Notes under the pieces: model-generated
What the model saw: only the letters and a program-made list of their open reading frames with translations
What the model was told of the DNA's origin: nothing
Database searches by the model: none
Part shown: one piece after another, positions 8,753 to 15,495 of the stretch
Position numbering within the stretch: position 1 is the stretch's first letter
Layout: each line of letters begins with the position of its first letter
Virus record (IMG/VR): IMGVR_UViG_3300026196_000022
Span: 1 to 27,506 of that record
Source: a virus
Lineage: Duplodnaviria; Caudoviricetes
DNA: 27,506 nt
Reading direction: 5' to 3' (one strand)
Program-made: the position numbers and the translations under genes

Positions 8753-9336
8753 GGCGTGATCAGTATCACGCGGTAATTGCCCTTGTGCGCCATCCTCGCG
8801 GCCCTCACATACATGCCAATCGCTTCGACTGCGGCGTGGAACGCGGTCTCGCGATGTGTCCATGACCGCGTCTTGCGGCCGATGGCGTCGCCAGTGCGGA
8901 TCGACAGGATCATCCTGTCACGCGTGACGCGGGCGAGTTCCTTGATCGCCATCACCATTTCATCCTCGGTGATGAGATTGAGCAGGCGGACGCAAACGGC
9001 TGTATCGACGGACTTGTTAGGTAACGGGATACCGAAGATGTCGCCTTGATCCAGGCGCGCCGCCGCGTCTTTCTGGCGGGCAAGAGAGAGCATCTCATCC
9101 GAGACATCGAAGCCGACAGCCTCAAGCCCCAACTCGCGGTAGAGAGACAGGAACCGCCCTGTTCCAACAGGAATATCCAGGACGGTTCCCGCGGCCCCCT
9201 GTAAAAACTCGGTGACGGCGTCATGCTCGCGCCGCCATTTGGCTTCGCGGTCACGCGCCTCATCATAGGTTGCTGCCTTCTCGCCCCGGTAAGTTTCACG
9301 GGTGACGGCGGCGTTCAATTCGGGTAAATCTCTCAA
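8749..9336 (-). CDS. Class I SAM-dependent methyltransferase
   Basis: Start reassigned to TTG 9336 (TTGA overlap, GGAG 5 nt upstream). Motifs VLDIPVGTGRF, GFDVSDEML and GDIFGIPLPNKSVDTAVC. Confidence 0.85.
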   Translation of the reverse strand: MRDLPELNAAVTRETYRGEKAATYDEARDREAKWRREHDAVTEFLQGAAGTVLDIPVGTGRFLSLYRELGLEAVGFDVSDEMLSLARQKDAAARLDQGDIFGIPLPNKSVDTAVCVRLLNLITEDEMVMAIKELARVTRDRMILSIRTGDAIGRKTRSWTHRETAFHAAVEAIGMYVRAARMAHKGNYRVILITP

Positions 9337-10019
9337 GCGTACTCCAAAATCCAGGGGCGGTCCCGCTGCGTCTGCTTCTGATCGGGATGCAGCTTTCCGG
9401 CAAATGTCACGATGCAGGCATTGTCCGGCAGGCTTCCGGCAAACTCCCGGCACCAGTAGATGCCGTCCCGGTGATCCCACTTGGCTTCATCGGCAAGGCA
9501 CTCCGAGATATAGACCTGATCGGTGCCGGCCATCTTCGGCCAGGCGCGCTTGACGCCTTCGCCAAGGTCGAAGCTGCTCCAGACCTGCGGACGAGACCCG
9601 GCACGGATGAGCATGACGGACGTGTTGATGCGCGTTGCTCTCGGCTTGCCCCAACGCGGGTTTGCCCAGAGCACGATATCGTCATCCCGGTTGACGAGAT
9701 GATCGATATTACCGACGATCAGCGTGTCCAGATCGACGTAGAAAATGCGCTGGCCTATTGCCTCCGCGCCCGGTGCGAACATCTGCATCTTCGGGAACCG
9801 CGTGCCGGGTGCGAGCAAACTTCTGTCCATCGGAACGATACGGATATCCGGCCTCAGCGCCGCCGGTTCCATGTCAGTGACACAGACATGCTCATGCGGC
9901 AGGGTCATGTTCGCATCGATCTGATCGGCAACGCGATTGACCTGTGCAGCCGTATAGGTGTATTGCGCGTTGCGGCGACCTTCAGGGTCATGCCACCAGA
10001 AGGTGGTGCAGGTGATCAA
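9333..10019 (-). CDS. GT-A fold glycosyltransferase (GT8-like), paralog 2
   Basis: Probable TTG start at 10019 (TTGA overlap). Motifs HVCVTD, FPKMQMF, IFYVDLDTLIVGNID (DxD), INTSVM, GTDQVYI and IVTFAGKLHP. Confidence 0.8.
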   Translation of the reverse strand: MITCTTFWWHDPEGRRNAQYTYTAAQVNRVADQIDANMTLPHEHVCVTDMEPAALRPDIRIVPMDRSLLAPGTRFPKMQMFAPGAEAIGQRIFYVDLDTLIVGNIDHLVNRDDDIVLWANPRWGKPRATRINTSVMLIRAGSRPQVWSSFDLGEGVKRAWPKMAGTDQVYISECLADEAKWDHRDGIYWCREFAGSLPDNACIVTFAGKLHPDQKQTQRDRPWILEYA

Positions 10020-10723
10020 TGCCGGAACCTCTTGATCCACGGATACGCCGCCTGCGTTTCCGGCAGACCCGGTTCCCTCGGTCCGGGGAATGTCACGATA
10101 CGCGCATCAGCAGGAAGACCGGACTTGATCTGCCGCCTGCTGTAGATGCCGGAGTCTTCGCCCCATGTCGCTTCTTCTGGCCCGAGCACCTTCGATACCC
10201 AGGCTTGATCCTCACTGCGCACGCCATTGCAGATCGCATCGAGTTCCTTCGCGCTTTTACCAAGCGGAAACTCCGTCCAGACTTGCGGCCTTGCGCCGGC
10301 GTCGAGTAGGATGACGCTGGTATTGTAGGCTGAAGCCTTCCGGCGCTTCCGGTAATAGGGATGCCGCCAGAGTACGATGTCTTCCTTGCGACCGACGATG
10401 GCGTCGATGTTTCCGGTGATGACCGTATCCAGATCCAGATAGAAGATACGCTTGCCGATGATATCGCCAGCGTCAGGGCGAAACAGCATCAGCTTGGCAA
10501 AGCGTGTTGTCGGGATGAACGTGGTGCGGTCCAGTGGCACAGTGCGGATACGCGGATCAAGTCCGTCTGGCGCATCATCGCAGATCAGCACGAACTCATG
10601 CGGCAAGGTCAGATTGCGATCCACCTGCCGCACCAGCAGGTTGACATGTTCCGCGCCGTAAACCCACATATCGTTGCGGCGCGACTGCGGATCGTGCCAG
10701 AGCATCATCACGACTGAGATCAA
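10016..10723 (-). CDS. GT-A fold glycosyltransferase (GT8-like), paralog 1
   Basis: TTG start in a TTGA overlap. Motifs FAKLMLF, IFYLDLDTVITGNID, YNTSVI, EDQAWV and IVTFPGPREP. Confidence 0.8.
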   Translation of the reverse strand: MISVVMMLWHDPQSRRNDMWVYGAEHVNLLVRQVDRNLTLPHEFVLICDDAPDGLDPRIRTVPLDRTTFIPTTRFAKLMLFRPDAGDIIGKRIFYLDLDTVITGNIDAIVGRKEDIVLWRHPYYRKRRKASAYNTSVILLDAGARPQVWTEFPLGKSAKELDAICNGVRSEDQAWVSKVLGPEEATWGEDSGIYSRRQIKSGLPADARIVTFPGPREPGLPETQAAYPWIKRFRH

Positions 10724-11223
10724 AGCGCGGAAATCCTCGCCATGCCACGCTCGGTATCGTAGAGCTTGACGTTCCAGCCCATCTGTTTCATGCGTTCCAG
10801 CGTCCTCTGCTCGCCTTCGCGCCTGGCGTCATGGAGCAGGACGACAGATGCGCAGGTCAGCGCATACTGGACCGTGTTGAGCCGCGAGCAGTCTTCCTGC
10901 CCGGCATGGATGACGCGGCGCTTGACCGTGCCGACAGGACTATCGACAAAGGCAATATCGAAGCGCTCACACGCTCCCGCCGATGCGTTGATGGTCGGGG
11001 TGTTTGTGTAGGTGCCGACTTCGATTGCATCGTAGCCTGCAAACCGCTGTTGCGCCTTGCGGAGCCATTTGCGATCATGCTCAAGCGTCAGGACGCGCGT
11101 GCATCCTGCTTGCAGGAAAGCCATCGTGGATTCGCCGGGGCCGAACTCAAGCGCGGATTTCGCGCCGATCGCTTCGGCTTCTGCGATCAGGATGCCATAG
11201 TCTTCATCCGGGAAAGTTCCCAC
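10720..11223 (-). CDS. Class I SAM-dependent methyltransferase, possibly a sugar O-methyltransferase
   Basis: Probable GTG start at 11223 after AGGAG. Motifs LEFGPGEST, LTLEHDRKW, FDIAFVDSP and VLLHDARR. Confidence 0.75.
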   Translation of the reverse strand: MGTFPDEDYGILIAEAEAIGAKSALEFGPGESTMAFLQAGCTRVLTLEHDRKWLRKAQQRFAGYDAIEVGTYTNTPTINASAGACERFDIAFVDSPVGTVKRRVIHAGQEDCSRLNTVQYALTCASVVLLHDARREGEQRTLERMKQMGWNVKLYDTERGMARISAL

Positions 11224-11672
11224 AATGTCTCCTGTAACTGTTCGATTGTCTTCTCGTCCGCGCCATGATGGCGGAACCAGTCTGCGCCCCATAGCGGTGC
11301 GGTCGCCGGGCGGTTAACCCGCTGGATTGCGATATTGACGCCAAAGGCAAGGCATGCTGCAATCCGGTGCGCGCCGGTGCCGACGATGCGGCCATTCGTG
11401 CCGATCTTGACGTTGCAAGGCTTCAGAAAACCATGAAACTCAATGGAGCGCATCAAATCCCGGCATCCATCCACATAATGCTGGATGCTGGTCTTGTGGC
11501 TCCGTGGCTCGCGTCCGCCGGTACGTTTCTCGATGTGCCAGCGGTAGAGAGCTTCGGCTTCGGAGCCAGCGCTTCCGTCAGCCATGAGATGCCGGAAGAA
11601 ACGGTGCTTCACAATATAGTCGATGCGGTCAGGCGTCAGGAGATCGCGGGCGTTAACCCACTCAATGCTCAT
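11187..11672 (-). CDS. ParB/Sulfiredoxin-fold protein
   Basis: LMRSIEFHGF...NGRIVGTGAHRIAAC matches the ParB/Srx SI..xG...GxHR signature. No HTH is present. ATGA overlap with the upstream gene. Confidence 0.6.
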   Translation of the reverse strand: MSIEWVNARDLLTPDRIDYIVKHRFFRHLMADGSAGSEAEALYRWHIEKRTGGREPRSHKTSIQHYVDGCRDLMRSIEFHGFLKPCNVKIGTNGRIVGTGAHRIAACLAFGVNIAIQRVNRPATAPLWGADWFRHHGADEKTIEQLQETLWELSRMKTMAS

Positions 11673-12175
11673 GCGCCGGACTTCTTCCGCTCCAACCAGC
11701 GCTCGGCTATTTCCTTCGTCGCATGGTTTTTCGACAGAACGTCATGGCCCAGAATAACGGACCATTTCGCGCCGCCCTTCCACTCGACAGTGGCTTCAGA
11801 CAGATCGCGGATCGGCAGCGGATCGGTAAAGACCTTCTCGGTCAGCACATGACAGCGGACGGAGTGCGTTGACGGGTCAACGGCGGCGCAGTACATCTCA
11901 ACATAGAAGCTGTGCTGCTCGTGGCTGACCTCGATGACATCGCCAGGCTGGATGCCATTCTTGCCTGTGGTATGCGCCCTTGCCCAGAGATAGGCCGGAT
12001 GCCTGACATCATCGAGCGTGTGTTCGGCTCTAGCCTTGACGCGCCAGCGCTGACTGCCATGCTCGGCAAGCTTGATGTCCTGCCCGAACGCCATGACGGG
12101 GCCTTTGGGCTTTTCGGCAGCGGCAAGCTTTGCAGGCGCAATCTTCGGCTTCTCGATTACAGCTTCATCGGACAC
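11669..12175 (-). CDS. Hypothetical protein (168 aa), first gene after the capsid terminator
   Basis: GTG start with GAGG upstream, coupled to the ParB-like gene. No motif recognised. Confidence 0.7.
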   Translation of the reverse strand: MSDEAVIEKPKIAPAKLAAAEKPKGPVMAFGQDIKLAEHGSQRWRVKARAEHTLDDVRHPAYLWARAHTTGKNGIQPGDVIEVSHEQHSFYVEMYCAAVDPSTHSVRCHVLTEKVFTDPLPIRDLSEATVEWKGGAKWSVILGHDVLSKNHATKEIAERWLERKKSGA

Positions 12176-12201
12176 TGTGTGTTTTCCTCAATTGGTACAT
12201 G

Positions 12202-12237
12202 AAAAAATCGAATGGCGGAGAGACTTTCCCCGCCATT
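12202..12237 (-). terminator. Intrinsic terminator after the capsid and decoration genes
   Basis: Minus strand reads AATGGCGG-GGAAAGTCTCT-CCGCCATT, then CG and TTTTTT. The position is equivalent to T7 Tphi. Confidence 0.65.
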
Positions 12238-12247
12238 GCACTTATGA

Positions 12248-12535
12248 TTAGTCGGACTCGGCGACAGCGATGTTGGTCGCCGAAGAGACCTGCACCTCAG
12301 TCGCAGACACGGACGTGACCACGTGGAGACCAGCCGATGTAACGCTCGTCGGCGCGGACAGGCTGTTCACCGTAATGCGGTAGACCAGATCGCCGAGATT
12401 GAGGCCGATGTCAGCCGGGAAATACCCCGGATCATTGACGACCGTCGCAGCATCAGCGGTCTTGTAAACCCAGATTGCAGGCAGGTCTGAACCCAGCGAC
12501 GCAATCGGGGAGAAGTATGCCTTGTTGAAAGCCAT
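12248..12535 (-). CDS. Small putative capsid decoration/cement protein
   Basis: 95 aa, beta-rich, WVYKTADAATVVNDPGYF...GDLV. It has a GAGGAG SD and lies between the MCP and the terminator, so it is probably highly expressed. Confidence 0.55.
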   Translation of the reverse strand: MAFNKAYFSPIASLGSDLPAIWVYKTADAATVVNDPGYFPADIGLNLGDLVYRITVNSLSAPTSVTSAGLHVVTSVSATEVQVSSATNIAVAESD

Positions 12536-12605
12536 GTTTGGCTCCTCTCGATGTCAGATTATGGGGATGGAGCGGGGCCGGAACTCAGCCAGCCCCGATC
12601 AGACC

Positions 12606-13463
12606 TTACGTGCCGAAGTACCCGTCAAGCGGGAACTGCGCGGCGGTGTCGTCATGGTGAAGGATGAAGATGCCTTCATCGATCAGAGCCTTGGAGCCCT
12701 GATACGAGGTCGTGCGTGCCCAGGAATAATCCTGTTCCTCGTTCCGGCCAGCCTGAGAAGACATCGGACCCATGTTGAGACCGTGGCCTGTCGAGCCTTT
12801 ATGGAACACGAAGCAATGCGCTTCCGCCGTGCCCTTGCCGGGCAGGTTCGGATGCATCGCCCACTTGACATCGTTCCACCAGCGCCACTGGGTGTACTTC
12901 ATGAACGGACGGTCCGGCACCCAGTCGCTCGACGCGAACTGCTTGATGGCCATCGTGTTCGCCCATGCCTTCGGCGTCAGGAGACCGTAACGCTCCCCAT
13001 CGCGCGGGACGAAGTTTTCATCCAGCGTGGTGCAGGCTTCCATGATGTTGGTGGACCACTCGGCAAGATTTGCCGCTACCGCGGTCGAGTCGTAAGCCGA
13101 CGTATCGAGCTGAGCCAGGATAAGCTGGTCAGTACGATAGTTCGTCGAGGTAACACCCCGGCGCTGCATCGAAAGACGCTGATCCACGCTTGACGAGAAG
13201 ATGTTGAAGTTCTTCTTGCGCGCAAGGTGGTGATATTCCTTGAGGTTGCAAGTTTCCGAAGTCTGCGTGTCGTCGGCAACGGGAATGAGACCATTCGCGC
13301 CGCGCTCGACAGCAGCATCGGCAAGACCTTCGATGATGAAGATGAAGTTGTCACCCTTCACTTCACCTTTAGTGGTGACGATACCGCGCAGAATAGACTG
13401 TTTCTGCTCGTAGTTTTCAGTCCACTCACTGTTGTAGAGACTTTGTAGTACTGTATTATCCAT
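12606..13463 (-). CDS. Major capsid protein
   Basis: ATG 13463 after GGAG, 285 aa. Motifs YEQKQSILRG, DQLILAQLD, LDENFVPRDGERY, KQFASSDWV, FVFHKGSTG and GSKALIDEGI. It lies downstream of the scaffold. Confidence 0.85.
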   Translation of the reverse strand: MDNTVLQSLYNSEWTENYEQKQSILRGIVTTKGEVKGDNFIFIIEGLADAAVERGANGLIPVADDTQTSETCNLKEYHHLARKKNFNIFSSSVDQRLSMQRRGVTSTNYRTDQLILAQLDTSAYDSTAVAANLAEWSTNIMEACTTLDENFVPRDGERYGLLTPKAWANTMAIKQFASSDWVPDRPFMKYTQWRWWNDVKWAMHPNLPGKGTAEAHCFVFHKGSTGHGLNMGPMSSQAGRNEEQDYSWARTTSYQGSKALIDEGIFILHHDDTAAQFPLDGYFGT

Positions 13464-13502
13464 CGTTGCTCTCCGTGGATATGTTTCGGAAAGCAGCGTC
13501 AA

Positions 13503-13665
13503 CCGGGTACCCTACTGGCCTGCGTGCGGGGTACCCTTGCGGGGCCGCTCGGCTTGGCGAGATCGGGGCGAAATCTGGCTGCGTTATGGGGTTTGGTCGT
13601 CTGCCGGGCCGCGTTGTCGCGGGGTGCCGGATGAAAAGAACCTAAGGGCCGCTATGGTGAGCGGC
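13503..13665 (-). promoter_or_regulatory. Structured 5' leader of the capsid gene (candidate cis-regulatory RNA)
   Basis: Hairpins CCGG-CACC-CCGCG-ACAA-CGCGG-C-CCGG (13630-13604) and GCGG-C-CCC-GCAA-GGG-UACC-CCGC (13548-13526), a partial third copy (13520-13503), and a GCCGCU/AGCGGC stem near 13648-13665. Confidence 0.55.
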
Positions 13666-13681
13666 TAATGTTTACGCGAAC

Positions 13682-14041
13682 TCAGTGCATGGCTCCACCG
13701 CCGGCATGTTCCATGCGTGCGGCGACGGCAGGGTCGATAGATGTGTCGATCTTGCCCGGCAGCATCTCGCGAGCTGTATCAGGATCATAACCGAACTGCT
13801 CATCCATCAAGGTTTCGATGAACTGTTTGCGCCATTGTGTAAGCGTGAGGCGTTTCTGTTTCGGCTCGGCTGGCGGTGCAGCCGGAACTACGGCTTGCAC
13901 TGGTGCAGGCACATCAGGTCCGCCGCTTACATCGGCGATGCGCTTGCATACACGCTCCCACTGCTTCTCGGATGGGGAACCTTCGATGTTCTCGGAGAAG
14001 CCCTCGAACCAGATCTGGAAATCACGCCATGAGAATGTCAT
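13682..14041 (-). CDS. Hypothetical protein (119 aa); N-terminal domain shared with 22778-23056
   Basis: ATGA overlap with the scaffold gene. DFQIWFEGFSENIEGSPSEKQWERV is followed by a Pro/Ala linker and a second small domain. Confidence 0.75.
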   Translation of the reverse strand: MTFSWRDFQIWFEGFSENIEGSPSEKQWERVCKRIADVSGGPDVPAPVQAVVPAAPPAEPKQKRLTLTQWRKQFIETLMDEQFGYDPDTAREMLPGKIDTSIDPAVAARMEHAGGGAMH

Positions 14042-15096
14042 GCCGATTTCCTTGCAGACTGCCGGTTCATGGCGGCGATGATGCGCTGCAGTTCAGGCTG
14101 AGCCTTCTTGTATGCATCCTCATCGGTATGCATCAGGCCCATGATCTCTTTCTTGCGCTTTTCGAGATCGACGCCTTCGGTGGTTTCCCCGCCGATCATC
14201 GCGCCGTCATCGTAGGCATCCCTGGCAAGCGTCGCCATTGCCTTGACGAACGGAACATGGTTGCCTATCCGCGTGCCGTCCTGCAATCTCATATCGAGGA
14301 AGCTCTTGCGCTCTGCGGCGTCCGGCATGTAAGGTCCGAGGATCTCGGACAGATAGCGGTTGGTCAACTCGACTGTCGGCTTGTAGTCTTTCAGGAACGA
14401 TGATCGCAGTTCTTCTTCAGCTGCGTCATCGGCCTTGACGGCGTTTTCCTGCATCTGCCGGGCAACGACCGTCTGCGCGCGATCGAAGGCTTTCAGTGCG
14501 GCGTCAACCTGCTTCTGGTTGTAATGCGCGCCGTGGAAGTCCTTCAGCGCTTCGCCGAGCAGTTCCTTGTCGAGATCGGAACGTTCACCGAGTTCTTCCG
14601 GCGGATCGACCATTGCATATTTGTCTGCCGCATCCGGCACGCCCCAGGCTTTGTTGAACGCCTCGATGTCCTTGGGGTCGTCCTTCTTGCCTGTCGGCAG
14701 CTTCACGCGGGTCTTGAGCGCCTCGGAGACCTCGGTAATCTTGCTGTCGGCTGACATCACGCGGCGAAGCAGTTCCGCCGGTGTGGAGGCTCGCTTGGCG
14801 ATTTCCTCAGCCTTCTTGAAGGCGTCGCCAGTCAGGCCAAGACGCGCAACTTCCTTCGCACGCCAGTCATCGGGCAAGTAGTCTGACGGCTCTTTCTCCT
14901 TGCCGTCATCGGCTGGCGCATCGCCTTCCGTGCCGTCACCATCATCCGTCGTGACATCAGTCTGCGTGTCTTGCTGCGTGCCGTCGTCAGTTGCGGCCGG
15001 CTTCTTGTCGCCGTCGTCCGTCGTCGTGGCGTCGGTATCTGCATCAGCAGCCGTCGTATCTTCTGCTGTAATATCCAGTTTTTCTTCAACTGTCAT
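14038..15096 (-). CDS. Capsid assembly scaffolding protein
   Basis: Long D/T-rich disordered N-terminus, then PDDWR, AFNKAWGVPDAADKY and RIGNHVPFVKAM, otherwise helical. It lies between the portal and the MCP. Confidence 0.8.
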   Translation of the reverse strand: MTVEEKLDITAEDTTAADADTDATTTDDGDKKPAATDDGTQQDTQTDVTTDDGDGTEGDAPADDGKEKEPSDYLPDDWRAKEVARLGLTGDAFKKAEEIAKRASTPAELLRRVMSADSKITEVSEALKTRVKLPTGKKDDPKDIEAFNKAWGVPDAADKYAMVDPPEELGERSDLDKELLGEALKDFHGAHYNQKQVDAALKAFDRAQTVVARQMQENAVKADDAAEEELRSSFLKDYKPTVELTNRYLSEILGPYMPDAAERKSFLDMRLQDGTRIGNHVPFVKAMATLARDAYDDGAMIGGETTEGVDLEKRKKEIMGLMHTDEDAYKKAQPELQRIIAAMNRQSARKSA

Positions 15097-15105
15097 CAAT
15101 CACCT

Positions 15106-15495
15106 TTACTTATCGCCTTGCTCTCCGCCATCGGATGCGCCGAGTGACGGCAGTTCGATCAATCGCCTGATTTCAACCGCGATCCGGCGCTTGCCGGACG
15201 CGTAGTCGCTCGCCCGCGCGCCATCAGAGCCACCGGGACGCCACGGATCGTCGGTCATGCCGCAGGCAAAGAGTATCCAACCCAGCGCACGGTGCTGCTG
15301 GTTCGGGCTGGCATTGCCGTCTCTGAGCGCCTTGAGCGCTGACTGATCGGCTGCATCCCACGGCGCGAAGTGCCACGGATCGCGCGGCAGGGCGTGCGCG
15401 CCGGTGCGTTCAGCGACATAGCCCGCTGGCCCGTCCAGTCCTTCCGGCTTCTCCCCGCGCTTGTGGCGGCGTTTACCGCCATGTTCATCGCTCAT
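15106..15495 (-). CDS. Bbp19-like small protein following the portal
   Basis: QHRALGWILFACG...DYASGKRRIAVEI fits the ExxR.V/G-type motif of the BPP-1 Bbp19-like family. Synteny agrees. Confidence 0.6.
   Translation of the reverse strand: MSDEHGGKRRHKRGEKPEGLDGPAGYVAERTGAHALPRDPWHFAPWDAADQSALKALRDGNASPNQQHRALGWILFACGMTDDPWRPGGSDGARASDYASGKRRIAVEIRRLIELPSLGASDGGEQGDK

Noticed and set aside
7299-10717. Long + strand ORFs (e.g. 7299-8249, 9387-10145) opposite the enzyme cassette
   Set aside because: They are shadow ORFs of GC-rich, codon-biased minus-strand genes, with no motifs or SDs.
6685-11672. gtrABC-type serotype conversion locus
   Set aside because: No flippase, bactoprenol transferase or multi-TM transferase is present, and the cassette is coupled into the late operon rather than near an att site. 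Host-glycan modification is not fully excluded.
12573-12610. Terminator or T7 10A/10B-type frameshift at the MCP end
   Set aside because: The hairpin CGGGGCTGG...CCGGCCCCG has no U-tract, and no slippery heptamer precedes the stop. It is probably a stability hairpin.
14880-15070. Tandem repeat in the scaffold N-terminus
   Set aside because: This is low-complexity D/T/G coding sequence usual for scaffolds, not a discrete repeat.
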